Positions 39,788 through 50,065 of a stretch of DNA of 64,000 nt are shown piece by piece (position 1 is the first letter of the stretch; each line of letters starts with the position of its first letter). The stretch covers positions 144,065 to 208,064 of the forward strand of contig CAYUVV010000001.1 in NCBI GenBank assembly GCA_964448295.1. The letters are read 5' to 3'. The translations under genes and the position numbers were made by a program. Below the pieces are notes generated by a model. The model was not told where the DNA came from, did not search any database, and saw only the letters and a program-made list of their open reading frames with translations. Source of the stretch: an uncultured Candidatus Saccharibacteria bacterium (lineage in GTDB: Bacteria; Patescibacteriota; Minisyncoccia; Phycocordibacterales; JACOZG01).

Positions 39788-40513
39788 TTAATAACGAGGA
39801 GTAACGGGAGCCGTTGCTGTTTCGATTTCAATATTCGCAAATTGCCGTGCTTGCGTCGCAGTCACTGCGCCTCGCCGGACGAGCTCAAGCAAACCGAGAA
39901 AACTGACAATAATGTTCGCCTTATCCTTCGGATCTCCCACGTATTGTTGAAAATTTAACCGCAAGGCGCGGCCAATTCTTTCCGACAGTCTGGCGATCGC
40001 GGTTTCCAAATTGATTACTCGACGCACCGCGGCCGTGGGTAGCGTGTTAGTGGCGGGTATCGCTCGCAACAGGCCACGAATGATTGCCGGCCAATCTATT
40101 TGCGTTAGATTGGACGGCGGGGAAAAAATTGGTTGGGCGGGAATGGCTGGTCGCGAGAAAATTGGTCGAACGAGCCAGAGAGACCGCAGTTGAGCGGCGG
40201 CCGCAACGAGAATTTTATAACCCCGCAGGCGCCGTTCCAGTTCGTCCATATCGGTTATCTCGTTCTCGCTTAATTCTAATTTTGGGAGTAGCGAAGCTGA
40301 TTTGATAAGCATCAAGGTAGAAGCAACGAACAGGAAGTCGGCGAGAACGCCCGGTGTTTGCTCAGGGTGCTCTTGGAGGAAGGTGACGAAGTCGTCAGCG
40401 ACGGCGGCGAGGGCCACCCGGCTGATATGCAATTTACGCCGCTCGATCAGCTCAAGCAGGAGCTCGAGCGGCCCCTCGAAATCGGCCAATTTTACGGAAA
40501 AATTATCTGCCAT
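39788..40513 (-). CDS. scpA: Segregation and condensation protein A
   Basis: FEGPLELLLELI N-terminus typical of ScpA. Confidence 0.8.
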   Translation of the reverse strand: MADNFSVKLADFEGPLELLLELIERRKLHISRVALAAVADDFVTFLQEHPEQTPGVLADFLFVASTLMLIKSASLLPKLELSENEITDMDELERRLRGYKILVAAAAQLRSLWLVRPIFSRPAIPAQPIFSPPSNLTQIDWPAIIRGLLRAIPATNTLPTAAVRRVINLETAIARLSERIGRALRLNFQQYVGDPKDKANIIVSFLGLLELVRRGAVTATQARQFANIEIETATAPVTPRY

Positions 40514-40518
40514 TTCCC

Positions 40519-41487
40519 TTAATAAAGACCAACGAGTCGACGAACTTTGGCCATTTTACTCGCGGCTTGGTCATGAGCGGCATTTGCTCCGTTTTCCAAT
40601 GTTCTTTCAAGTAATTTTTGGTCGGTAGCTATTTCGGCCCGTTTGGCGCGAAGCGGTGCCGCAAATTTTTGGATTACGCTAATCAGGTTTTCCTTGAATT
40701 CTTGGTAACCAACGCCGCCACTCAAAAATTTTTCTCCCAACGTTCCATTTTCGACATTGTCGGCGGTAAAAAGTTTATAAATTTGGTAGAGGGAAGATTG
40801 TTCGTCTTTGGGCTCCCCCACCGCCCGCGAATCGGTGGGGATTTTCATCACCAAATTAGCGACCTCGTCGTCCGCGGCAAACAACGGGATGGTGTTGCCG
40901 TAGCTTTTACTCATTTTGCGACCATCGAGGCCGGGCACGGTTTCGACCTCCGGCATAATCAGTGGTTCGGGCAGACGGAACGTCTCTCCATAAATTCTAT
41001 TAAATTTTTCTGCCAAGTCGCGCGCAATTTCCAAATGCTGTTTTTGATCTTTACCCACGGGCACCAGATCAACATCGTAGAGCAGGATGTCGGCGGCCAT
41101 TAGCAAGGGGTAAGTAAAGAGGCCGGCGCTCGGTTCCCGGCCGTTGGCCAAGGCATCTTTGTACGCGTGAGCGCGGGTAAGATAAGGTGTTGTGGCGAGA
41201 CAAGCAAAAATCCATGCCAATTCGGTATGCTCGGGCACTGCCGATTGCCGAAAGATTATGACCTTCGCTGGATCGAGGCCAAGAGCAAGGTAATCAATAA
41301 GAAGGTTTTGAGTGTCGCGCCGGAGAGCGCTCGGATCAGTCGTGGTGGTGAGAGCGTGGAGATCGGCAATCATTACCCAGCCCGGATATTCGTTTTGCAA
41401 TTTTATAAATTGGCGGATCGCGCCGAAATAGTTGCCAAGATGTGGCTGGCCGGTCGGTTTAACGCCGGAAAGAAAGGTTTTAGACAT
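40519..41487 (-). CDS. trpS: Tryptophanyl-tRNA synthetase
   Basis: GVKPTGQPHLGNY, KMSKS; 322 aa. Confidence 0.9.
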   Translation of the reverse strand: MSKTFLSGVKPTGQPHLGNYFGAIRQFIKLQNEYPGWVMIADLHALTTTTDPSALRRDTQNLLIDYLALGLDPAKVIIFRQSAVPEHTELAWIFACLATTPYLTRAHAYKDALANGREPSAGLFTYPLLMAADILLYDVDLVPVGKDQKQHLEIARDLAEKFNRIYGETFRLPEPLIMPEVETVPGLDGRKMSKSYGNTIPLFAADDEVANLVMKIPTDSRAVGEPKDEQSSLYQIYKLFTADNVENGTLGEKFLSGGVGYQEFKENLISVIQKFAAPLRAKRAEIATDQKLLERTLENGANAAHDQAASKMAKVRRLVGLY

Positions 41488-41623
41488 TTGACTATTCTAA
41501 CAGAGCGCTCCTTCTCCACCTATTGACTAAAAAATATCTTTGTGCTAGCATAGCAAGAGGTAGGTTAAAACTGGCCGCGCGGCTGGCTTAACCAACAGTC
41601 CGCAAACCTAAGGAGAAACGCGG

Positions 41624-42325
41624 ATGAGAAAGACAAGTTCTTTGATTTTGACGATTTTGAGTGCGTGCGTGGTGATCACGACGACGGCGCGGGCGGAGCC
41701 CATCAGCATCTACACCGGAAACGGGGTTGGTGATGGGTATGATTGGATATCGGGTTGGGCCAACGGCGAAAACTGGGCTCCCATTCACACCTCGGCCGAT
41801 CTATGGTTTTTTGATCCAAAGGAAGGGGGTCCGCTCCAGTTTCAAATGCGTCTGGAGACGGAGTTTGCTCCCGTCGACGAAGTTCCAGAGAGACTCTGGA
41901 GCGAGCTCGTTGCCGGCAATACGTTGGGAGGGGGCACCCACTATCAGTTTTCCCAAATTGCCTGCGGAGAGTTAGTGTGTGAATTTAACACACCGTTTAC
42001 CCTTGACGGGAATGTTACGGCCGGTCTCTGGCCGGAAGACCAAACCGGCTGGATGAGCGTTTATGCTACCGCCAACGGCATCGCCCACATCAATGGTGTG
42101 AGCGGGAGCGTCTATGAGAATGAAAGCACCTTTTTTGGTGAGACTTTTCACCGAACGTTGGCCGGCGTAACCGTCAATGGTTACGTCGCCGCCGGCAACT
42201 TTCGCGTCGTTCCAGAGCCGGCTACGCTGGCTTTTCTCGGAATCGGCGCCCTGACGGCGTTCTTTGAACGCCGTCGTCGTAATCATGATCGTCAAATGTT
42301 CGAGCGCCGCCCGGCGCTCGGGTAA
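41624..42325 (+). CDS. Secreted protein with PEP-CTERM-like C-terminal sorting signal
   Basis: Signal peptide; C-terminal VPEPATLAFLGIGALTAFFERRRRN (PEP + TM + Arg cluster), 15 extra residues follow. Confidence 0.5.
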   Translation: MRKTSSLILTILSACVVITTTARAEPISIYTGNGVGDGYDWISGWANGENWAPIHTSADLWFFDPKEGGPLQFQMRLETEFAPVDEVPERLWSELVAGNTLGGGTHYQFSQIACGELVCEFNTPFTLDGNVTAGLWPEDQTGWMSVYATANGIAHINGVSGSVYENESTFFGETFHRTLAGVTVNGYVAAGNFRVVPEPATLAFLGIGALTAFFERRRRNHDRQMFERRPALG

Positions 42326-42360
42326 CGCGAGTTGGCTCCCCGCTAACTCGCAACGCGCAG

Positions 42361-42407
42361 CCGCCTCGGTCGTTGGGGTTTTCCCCACTTCCGAGGCGGT
42401 TTTTTGT
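42361..42407 (+). terminator. Rho-independent terminator
   Basis: CCGCCTCGG...CCGAGGCGG hairpin + TTTTTTG; preceded by a second hairpin GCGAGTT...AACTCGC. Confidence 0.6.
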
Positions 42408-42440
42408 TTGATTGACATTTTTAATGAGAGGTATATACTT
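42400..42440 (+). promoter_or_regulatory. Sigma70-like promoter for the 42560 gene
   Basis: TTGACA-17 nt-TATACT. Confidence 0.4.
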
Positions 42441-42559
42441 AAGACAGACAATCGGGTCTTTGACAAGGGATAAGTCAGAGGCCTGTTCGCTCATAGAAGT
42501 CCGTGGCGTCATAGCGTTTATGGCGCCTGTGTTCGTGGTCCAACGTCTGGAGAAAAGAG

Positions 42560-43756
42560 ATGAAGACTTTTCTGAACGCCTTGCGGTTTGCGGTGGCTTT
42601 TTCGACTACCGCCCTGTTCGTGCCGGTGGCATTGGCGGGCGAACGGCAGATGGTCGAAGCGGAGATTCGTGATGCGCTTGCCACCCCTCTCGCCTTTGGG
42701 GGGATGGAATTATGGCGGGTGCGGGACACGGCCATCGAGATCAAGATGCCAAACCAAGAGATTTTGGCAGTTTGGCTCGATGAAAAAGGATCGGTGTTTG
42801 TGGCCCTTGGCGACGATCCTTTTTGGGTAGAACTGGTGTTGGACAAGCCGATGATCAACGCCGGTTACGTTTGGCGTCAACCTGCGGTCGATGAAGATTT
42901 TTATCGGGTGCTGGTGGGGGATGTCAACTTCACCGGCACGATTCATGGACCGGAAGGCGAGATGCGGGAAGTGTCTTTTGTTGGCGAAGCAGAATTGGCC
43001 GAAGGGGTGAATGTGCCAACAGTGACCGGTGTTGTCGCGACTATTGATAAATCAGCGACACCCGTGTCCGTGTCTGTTGCAACGAGTACTGATTGGAACA
43101 ATTTAGCCGACCAAGTCACCAGGCTTTCTGTTGACGGCAACAAATGGTTTTGGTGGTTGGTCAGAGCCGTCGGCCTTCTCATTATTGTTATCGGATTTTT
43201 GGTGGCCGGTTGTTGTTACGTGTACAATCGGATAGTCACCTGGTGTGTTAATCTTCGAGCCCAAGGCAGGAAAAGGGGGCGGAACAAAGAGAACAACCTT
43301 AGAGTCTCGCAACAGCTTCGTCGATGGTGGCCAGAAATGTTAGCCGCTGTTGTTGGGGTATCAGGATGGATTGGCGGCGAGTGGCTTACTGGCGCCTGTT
43401 CCAACGACGGTTTGCCGTTTGCTTTCTGTGCGGCCATCGGCACGTTTATGGCCATCTCGACAGAATTGGCTATTCGCGGAACGCAATGGGTTGGTCTCGG
43501 GCGGTTTTTGGAATCGCCGTCAATGTTTTTTGACCAGGCGATTTGGTCTCTCGCTGTCACTACCGCCTCTTTGGTTGTTTGGGGGTGGGTTATATCGCGG
43601 TGGCTGTCGGCAAGCGGAATCATCGTCGACTGGGATCGAGCGGTAATTTCGATCATTGCTCCGGCGGTCGGTCTAACCCTGCTTTGTCTATTGGCGAAGA
43701 TGTTTAGATTCACCCTTCCAACAACCAAACAACAGGCGATCTCGTTTACCATGTAG
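42560..43756 (+). CDS. Hypothetical secreted/membrane protein (signal peptide, C-terminal 4-5 TM)
   Basis: 398 aa, no recognisable motifs. Confidence 0.5.
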   Translation: MKTFLNALRFAVAFSTTALFVPVALAGERQMVEAEIRDALATPLAFGGMELWRVRDTAIEIKMPNQEILAVWLDEKGSVFVALGDDPFWVELVLDKPMINAGYVWRQPAVDEDFYRVLVGDVNFTGTIHGPEGEMREVSFVGEAELAEGVNVPTVTGVVATIDKSATPVSVSVATSTDWNNLADQVTRLSVDGNKWFWWLVRAVGLLIIVIGFLVAGCCYVYNRIVTWCVNLRAQGRKRGRNKENNLRVSQQLRRWWPEMLAAVVGVSGWIGGEWLTGACSNDGLPFAFCAAIGTFMAISTELAIRGTQWVGLGRFLESPSMFFDQAIWSLAVTTASLVVWGWVISRWLSASGIIVDWDRAVISIIAPAVGLTLLCLLAKMFRFTLPTTKQQAISFTM

Positions 43757-43842
43757 CCGTTTCTTCATCGGCGGCTACTCCTTCCATCCCGCGCTGTATG
43801 GACACAGTGCGGGATGTTTTTTCTCAAAAATAGTTTATAAAA

Positions 43843-45066
43843 CTAAGTCGTCGCTGGTTGACCGAGAAGAATATTGTAAATCGCGCGGCACTTCTGAGCA
43901 GTTGCGCGCCAAGTAATGCTTTTTGTCTCGGCGTGGCCGTTGTGGCTCAAGGTTTGTCGCAGTGGGCGATAACGCAAAACCGAGATGATTTGATTGGCCA
44001 TTTCTTCAATATCCCAAAAATCAACTTTCAAGGCGTGGCGAAGTACTTCCGCCACGCCCGATTGTTTGGAAATTATAACGGGTGTACCGTAGGTTAGCGA
44101 TTCGAGCGGCGTCAAACCAAAGGGTTCTGAAATGGAGGGCAAAACGTAGACATCGGCGGCGCGGTAGAGTGCGGCCAGTTCGCGTCCGCGGACGAAGCCG
44201 GCAAACATCATTTTGTCGGCAATGCCGAGCGCGGCGGCTTGGCGGATAGTCTGGGCTTCCATGTCGCCCGAGCCAGCGACGACGAAATAAACCTTGGGAT
44301 TTAATTCCAGCACACGTTTCGCGGCGGCAACAAAATAATCCGGGCCTTTTTGTAAAGTAATTCGTCCCACAAACAAGACAACACCGTACCCGCGTTCGCG
44401 CCATCGGCAAAGCGCCGGCAAAGCCGGCGCGTCATCTTGGGGCCAATCAATGCCATTGTGGACCACCACGACCTTGCTTGAATCAATACCGTAGTGACGC
44501 ACCACTTGGTTGCGAGTGAGACGACTAATCGCCACGACTCGATCAGCTCGTTGCATCCCCTCTTTTTCGATTTCGTAGACCCGTTGATTGACGTTTGCGC
44601 CGCCGGTGCGGTCGAACTCGGTGGCGTGAACATGGACGACCAGAGGTTTACCCGAACGTTCTTTGGCTTTCCAGCCAGCCGGATATGCTAACCAGTCGTG
44701 GGCGTGGATTACATCAAAATCTGTTTCGTCGGCAATTATCGATGCTCGTTCGCCATATGAGAGAACTTCTCCCACTAAATCATCGCCGTAGAACGACGAA
44801 CCAGTTTGACGCCGCACTTGGGTATAAGCTTCACTCGTCACATAAGGATAGAGCAAACTGTTTACCGCTCGGGCTTTCAGATTAGGAATGTCGGCAAAAA
44901 AAATTGGAAACGGCGCGTTAACCACGCCCAAACGCTTAGGAAGAACAAAAGTTAATGCGAGCCCTTCTTCAACCATTGCCCGAGCCAATCCGAGGCAAGC
45001 GGTACCGAGCCCGCCGCTGTTATGGGGCGGGAATTCCCAACCGAACATTAGGACTCTCGGTAGCAT
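43843..45066 (-). CDS. Glycosyltransferase family 4 (GT-B)
   Basis: FGWEFPP...GGLG N-terminus, C-terminal E...FG..LE motif. Confidence 0.75.
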   Translation of the reverse strand: MLPRVLMFGWEFPPHNSGGLGTACLGLARAMVEEGLALTFVLPKRLGVVNAPFPIFFADIPNLKARAVNSLLYPYVTSEAYTQVRRQTGSSFYGDDLVGEVLSYGERASIIADETDFDVIHAHDWLAYPAGWKAKERSGKPLVVHVHATEFDRTGGANVNQRVYEIEKEGMQRADRVVAISRLTRNQVVRHYGIDSSKVVVVHNGIDWPQDDAPALPALCRWRERGYGVVLFVGRITLQKGPDYFVAAAKRVLELNPKVYFVVAGSGDMEAQTIRQAAALGIADKMMFAGFVRGRELAALYRAADVYVLPSISEPFGLTPLESLTYGTPVIISKQSGVAEVLRHALKVDFWDIEEMANQIISVLRYRPLRQTLSHNGHAETKSITWRATAQKCRAIYNILLGQPATT

Positions 45067-45124
45067 CAGAACATTGCAGGACTTACTCCAGGAATTATAA
45101 CATTAAATTTGTTACAATAATGAC

Positions 45125-46096
45125 GTGTTTGTTTTCCACAGCTGTTTATTACTAGCTGGTTTGCTGGCCCTTTATCCCGCCAGTCAGTGGCTGATTGACG
45201 GCTTGGTGCGTTTGGCCCGTTTTTTAAATTGGCGCGAATTCGTCGTCTCTTTTTTTGTTATCGCTCTCGCCTCTTCTCTACCAAATTTTGTGGTTGGTTT
45301 GGCGGCCATCCGGCAGGGTGTGCCGCAACTGTCTTTCGGCGACGTGACGGGCAACAACATGGGCGCGATCACTCTGGCCGTCGCATTAGCGGTTTTTTTG
45401 AGCCGACGAAAAGTGCTAGTTACCAACAGCCGTGTTACCCAAATCACCGCCCTGTTTACCACCCTTGCGGCCGTTTTACCCCTGCTTCTCGCTTGGGACA
45501 ATACCCTTTCGCGTGGTGATGGCTTAATGTTGTTGGCCCTTTTCTCACTTTATGTTGGCTGGCTGTTTTCTAAAAAAGAAAATTTCTCAAACAACTCTAG
45601 CGCGTCAAGAAATAATCCGGTTAGTGGCCCCCGACTCGGCGCAATTTTTGCCAATCTCGGTTGGATGTTTTTAGGATTGCTTTTACTCTTGGCCGCCGGT
45701 CAAGTGGTAGTTGTGGCCGCTTCTTTTTTTGCTCGCTCGTTCGATGTTCCCATTATCATGCTCGGTTTTCTCGTGACCGGTTTGGGTAGCGCCTTACCCG
45801 AAATTTATTTCGCCGCTGTTTCTGCCAAACGTGAAGAAAATTGGATCATCTTGGGCAATTTAATGGGGTCCGTCATCATTCCCTCCACTCTTGTTCTTGG
45901 TTTCGTTGCTGTGGCTAGCCCGTTTGATTTTCACCATCTGACCTCTTTTGCCTCGGTGCGTCTATGGGTCGCGGTGCCAGCGCTACTCTTCATCTGGTTT
46001 GTGCGTAGCGAACGACGGATTACTTGGTGGGAAGCGGCTATTCTCCTTATCCCCTACCTTGGCTTTATCAGCAGCCAGATGTTCTTGGTTTCCTAG
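45125..46096 (+). CDS. Na+/Ca2+ exchanger family (CaCA, YrbG-like) membrane protein
   Basis: Two alpha-repeats: ASSLPNFVVGLAAI...GNNMGAITLAV and GSALPEIYFAAVSAKRE...GNLMGSVII. Confidence 0.7.
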   Translation: MFVFHSCLLLAGLLALYPASQWLIDGLVRLARFLNWREFVVSFFVIALASSLPNFVVGLAAIRQGVPQLSFGDVTGNNMGAITLAVALAVFLSRRKVLVTNSRVTQITALFTTLAAVLPLLLAWDNTLSRGDGLMLLALFSLYVGWLFSKKENFSNNSSASRNNPVSGPRLGAIFANLGWMFLGLLLLLAAGQVVVVAASFFARSFDVPIIMLGFLVTGLGSALPEIYFAAVSAKREENWIILGNLMGSVIIPSTLVLGFVAVASPFDFHHLTSFASVRLWVAVPALLFIWFVRSERRITWWEAAILLIPYLGFISSQMFLVS

Positions 46097-46617
46097 AGGC
46101 GAGGAAAAACCGTCCAACCAAGCGGCACGGCACAACCATCAGAGAGTTCGCGAATCTCGCCGGTCAACGGATGACGAGCCGCGAGGGGCCCGGAGTTGGC
46201 GCAGTTGTTTTTGGTTAAAGCGGTTTTCCGACAAAGTGGTTCGAGCCCGGTTCGTTCATTAAGAAAATAGTATTCATCGCCTCTCATCTCACCCGCACGG
46301 GCAATAAGTAAACGGCTATCTGGTCGGTAATCCAAACCCGATTCAGACAAAAGGCCGGAAACGATAATAGTATCATCGCGTTGCCTGATGATTTTTGAAT
46401 TTTGGCAAGCGGATCCGCAGGGTTCCGACTCCACGCGATACCAACCGGCAAACCGGTCACTTGTCTCGCCGTCAGCCACTGCCGCTTGCGAATCAATTAC
46501 CGCAAAATCGCTGAAATTGTAATCACAGTTTACTCCGCGCCACCAACGCGGTAGAACTATCGCCACAAGAACGGCAATCGCGGCCACCAATACCGCCGCC
46601 AACCAACTTTTCATCAT
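46093..46617 (-). CDS. Hypothetical membrane-anchored protein
   Basis: 174 aa, N-terminal TM, Cys-containing ectodomain. Confidence 0.4.
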   Translation of the reverse strand: MMKSWLAAVLVAAIAVLVAIVLPRWWRGVNCDYNFSDFAVIDSQAAVADGETSDRFAGWYRVESEPCGSACQNSKIIRQRDDTIIVSGLLSESGLDYRPDSRLLIARAGEMRGDEYYFLNERTGLEPLCRKTALTKNNCANSGPLAARHPLTGEIRELSDGCAVPLGWTVFPRL

Positions 46618-46658
46618 TTGATTTTAGCACGGCAAAAAATTTATGGTATGTTACGCCT

Positions 46659-47297
46659 ATGGAGTCCTCGATGAAAACCCTAGTTAACGACCTAGTCGCC
46701 GCCGGCGCGCTCAAAAGCCAAAAACTGATTGACGCTTTCTTAGCTACCGATCGCCGGTGGTTTGTTCCGGCTCGTTTGCGTCATCGGGCTTACGATGATG
46801 TCGCTCTACCCCTTGGTTACGAGGTTACCATTTCTCAACCGTCTACTTTAGCTATCATGCTTGAATGGCTTGACCTGCGTCCAGGCCAGCGCGTGCTTGA
46901 CGTGGGTGCTGGTTCGGGTTGGTCAACCGTCCTTATTGCCCGCTCTGTTCGTCCGTTGGGACAAGTACATGGGGTGGAGTTGGTTCGACCACTACGCGAC
47001 GCCGCTAGTCGCCGTTTGCTACGATGTAGCATTGCTAATGCCAACATCCATCAAGCCGGGAAAGAGCTTGGTTGGCCGCGCCTCCGGCCTTACGATCGTA
47101 TTCTCGTTTCGGCCACGGCTTCCCAGATTCCAACCGCCCTGCTCGGCCAACTCATGCCCGGCGGCTTAATGGTTGCGCCGGTTGGTTATAATTTAGTGCG
47201 AGTTCGCAAGGATAGAGACAGCAAAATTACGACTGAAGAGAAACCCGGTTTCATCTTTAGCCCGCTCAAGAATCCTCGTACTGGCGCCTGGCTTTAG
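46659..47297 (+). CDS. pcm: Protein-L-isoaspartate O-methyltransferase
   Basis: VLDVGAGSGWSTVLIA, 212 aa. Confidence 0.85.
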   Translation: MESSMKTLVNDLVAAGALKSQKLIDAFLATDRRWFVPARLRHRAYDDVALPLGYEVTISQPSTLAIMLEWLDLRPGQRVLDVGAGSGWSTVLIARSVRPLGQVHGVELVRPLRDAASRRLLRCSIANANIHQAGKELGWPRLRPYDRILVSATASQIPTALLGQLMPGGLMVAPVGYNLVRVRKDRDSKITTEEKPGFIFSPLKNPRTGAWL

Positions 47298-49056
47298 AAC
47301 GAGCGGTTTCCGTCAAATATTTTTTTCGCAGACGAACGTGTTGTGGTGTAATTTCGAGATATTCGTCGTCTGACATAATTTCCAATCCTCGTTCAATCGT
47401 CATCCGCAGAGGCGGCGCAAGATAAATTTTTTCATCCGAGCCAGCGCTCCGCATGTTAGTCAACTGTTTGCCGCGGGTGGGATTAACCACCATTTCCTCA
47501 CCTTTGGCGGTGTTGCCAATCACCATTCCCTCGTACACATCCTCGCCCGGGCCAATGTAGAGCGTGCCTCGGTTTTGCAAATTGGCTAGTGAAAAACCGA
47601 GGGCTTTACCCGTCGCCATCGAGGTCATTGAACCTGTTAAACGTTTTTCAATCGCGCCAGCGTATGGGCGAAAACCGACTACGCGACTGGCGAGCAGGCC
47701 TTCGCCCTTGGTGTCGACAACGAACTGCCCGCGATAGCCAAGCAGGCCGCGCGTTGGACCCTCGAGGGTCAGACGAAGCAGGGGTGGCGCCGATTTCACA
47801 CTGGTGAGATGCACCCCGCGCCGTCCAAGCTTTTCAATCACTGGTCCCTGTGCCGACTCCGGAATTTCAATTATTACCTCTTCAAATGGCTCGGACTTTA
47901 CTCCGTCCAGTTCTTTAATAATCACTTGAGGTTGAGAAACCGAGAGCTCGAAACCCTCGCGGCGCATATTTTCGAGCAAAATCGCGATATGCAATTCGCC
48001 GCGACCGGCGACTCGCATCGTGTCGTTGCCAAATTCAACCCGCAAACCGACGTTTACCTCTAGCTCTTTTTCCAAACGTTCTCGAATTTGCCGGCCGGTA
48101 ACAAATTTGCCTTCCCGCCCACCAAAAGGTGAATCGTTGACAAGAAAATCGAGAGTAATAGTCGGATCGTCTACCCGAATAGTCGGCAACAAGGGGCTGT
48201 CGGGTTGAGCGCAAATTGTATCTCCAATATAAATTTCCGATACTCCGGCGAAAATCGCGATATCGCCCGCCATCACTTCCGCCACCGGCCGTCGGGTTAA
48301 ACCGTCGAAAGTGAAGAGTTTGCTCACTCGACCTTCACGCATCGTGCCGTCCGTTTTTTTTACAAAAACCCTGTCCCCGTCTTTTACAGTCCCTTCGTAA
48401 ACGCGGATTATCGCTAAACGTCCTAGAAAATTATCGTAAGCCAGATTAAACGGTTGGGCACGGAATGGTAGTGCCGTCGGTTGCGCGGCGGGTGGTACAC
48501 GCTCCAATATTAAATCTAAAAGTGGGGTGATGTTTTGCCGCTCGTCTTGTAAATTTTTGATGGCCACTCCGTCTTTGCCCACAGCATAAATAACGGGAAA
48601 ATTGAGCTGTTCTTCGTTTGCTCCCAATTCGAGAAATAACTCCAAAATTTCGTCGTGCGCGCGCGCTGGATTAGCCGCCGGTTTATCAATTTTATTTAAG
48701 ACCACGATCGGCCGATGGCCAATCTCCAAAGATTTTTTGAGCACAAAGCGTGTTTGCGGCATCGGCCCCTCTTGCGCGTCAACCACCAAGAGCACGGAAT
48801 CAATCGAGCGGAGAACGCGTTCCACCTCGGACCCAAAATCGGCATGACCCGGAGTGTCCACGATATTAATTTTTGTTCCTCGGTAATTAACCGAGGCGTT
48901 TTTGGAATAAATCGTGATGCCTCGCTCGCGCTCGAGCGCGTTTGAGTCCATAGAAACTCCGGATCCCACCATTCCAGTTTGGCGCAAAATAGCGTCGGTT
49001 AGAGCAGTTTTACCATGATCAACGTGAGCGATAATCGCAATATTCCTAACTTCCAT
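47266..49056 (-). CDS. typA: Translational GTPase TypA/BipA
   Basis: VRNIAIIAHVDHGKT, DSNALERERGITI, C-terminal LRKKYLTE; N-terminus trimmed to MEVRNIAII (track ORF began 48 codons upstream). Confidence 0.9.
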   Translation of the reverse strand: MEVRNIAIIAHVDHGKTALTDAILRQTGMVGSGVSMDSNALERERGITIYSKNASVNYRGTKINIVDTPGHADFGSEVERVLRSIDSVLLVVDAQEGPMPQTRFVLKKSLEIGHRPIVVLNKIDKPAANPARAHDEILELFLELGANEEQLNFPVIYAVGKDGVAIKNLQDERQNITPLLDLILERVPPAAQPTALPFRAQPFNLAYDNFLGRLAIIRVYEGTVKDGDRVFVKKTDGTMREGRVSKLFTFDGLTRRPVAEVMAGDIAIFAGVSEIYIGDTICAQPDSPLLPTIRVDDPTITLDFLVNDSPFGGREGKFVTGRQIRERLEKELEVNVGLRVEFGNDTMRVAGRGELHIAILLENMRREGFELSVSQPQVIIKELDGVKSEPFEEVIIEIPESAQGPVIEKLGRRGVHLTSVKSAPPLLRLTLEGPTRGLLGYRGQFVVDTKGEGLLASRVVGFRPYAGAIEKRLTGSMTSMATGKALGFSLANLQNRGTLYIGPGEDVYEGMVIGNTAKGEEMVVNPTRGKQLTNMRSAGSDEKIYLAPPLRMTIERGLEIMSDDEYLEITPQHVRLRKKYLTETARSKARRQYEDS

Positions 49057-49356
49057 TTGGTTAAAAAACCAGGGCTCTCGGCCCCAGATTTTTAAGATGA
49101 TACGGTAAAATAAAGACGGGGTCAAACGGGCCGACGCCAGATTGTTTCGATTGAGCGCTGACTGTCGAAAGTCCAATCGTGTTCGGCCGGTGCCAGCCAA
49201 ATATCGGGAAAATTTTGAGCGCGCGCTTAGAAATTGGGGGATGATTGCGTAAGAGAATGAATGATGTCTACCTCGAGGCCGAAGAATGAATCAAAAATTT
49301 TATTTATTGGTAACTTAGTTTCGCTGATTAAATTTGTATAATTGGGTTATCCATCA

Positions 49357-50055
49357 CTACTCTTTTAGCACAAAGGGATTGTAACTGATACCTCTGTCAT
49401 ACACATCAATTCCTTCTGCTCGTTTGAGTTTTTTTACAATCATGTATGTAACGGGCGTAAGAACCACTTCATACGCAACTTTTGCAAGATAGCCAGACAA
49501 TATAAGGGTAGTCAATCCGGAGAAAGGTATTGTTCCCGCGAATGCGATGATTCCAAAGATAACGCTATCCACTCCTTCACCAACAATTGTTGAGCCAATT
49601 GTCCTCATCCAAAGACGTCTTCCATTGCTCCAGATTTTCATTCGAGATAGCACATATGAGTTACTAAACTCTCCTACAAAGTAGGCAATAATTGATCCAA
49701 GAACGATTCGCGGTACGGTACCCAAAATAAGTTCGTAAGCCCCTTGATTCTGCCAAAAGACCGGGGACGGTAGAATTTGGACAAAGTAATAACAAAATGT
49801 CATGAGTACAAGAGCAGCAAAACCCGACCAGATTATTTTTCGGGAAGCCTTGTAGCCATACACTTCTGTCAGAATATCTCCAAAAATATAGCTTATTGGG
49901 AAAATGAAAATTGCTCCTGCAAACACAAACGGGCCAATCTGAACCAGTTTAACTGCGACCGTGTTCGAAATCATTAATACAGCAACAAAGAGAATTCCTA
50001 TGAAGAGAAAGTATTTGCTGTTTTTTGAAATATCGTGTGTTTGGTGGGATTCCAT
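49357..50055 (-). CDS. yhhQ: Queuosine-precursor transporter YhhQ/DUF165 (VUT family)
   Basis: FVFAGAIFIFPISYIFGDILTEVYGY motif; start trimmed to internal Met to remove overlap with the upstream MTase. Confidence 0.7.
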   Translation of the reverse strand: MESHQTHDISKNSKYFLFIGILFVAVLMISNTVAVKLVQIGPFVFAGAIFIFPISYIFGDILTEVYGYKASRKIIWSGFAALVLMTFCYYFVQILPSPVFWQNQGAYELILGTVPRIVLGSIIAYFVGEFSNSYVLSRMKIWSNGRRLWMRTIGSTIVGEGVDSVIFGIIAFAGTIPFSGLTTLILSGYLAKVAYEVVLTPVTYMIVKKLKRAEGIDVYDRGISYNPFVLKE

Positions 50056-50065
50056 GGTGATTAAA

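Noticed and set aside
43216-43752. 178-aa minus-strand ORF
   Set aside because: Antisense to the 42560-43756 membrane protein gene, which has a promoter, a signal peptide and TM helices.
44021-44633. Minus-frame and plus-frame ORFs inside 43843-45066
   Set aside because: Alternative frames within the GT4 gene, Arg-rich.
45125-46096. Whether the multi-TM protein is an exosortase for the nearby PEP-CTERM protein
   Set aside because: Its two internal repeats match the CaCA Na+/Ca2+ exchanger alpha-repeat pattern (GxSxPE...GN.(I/M)GS), not the exosortase Cys/Arg/Asn catalytic arrangement.
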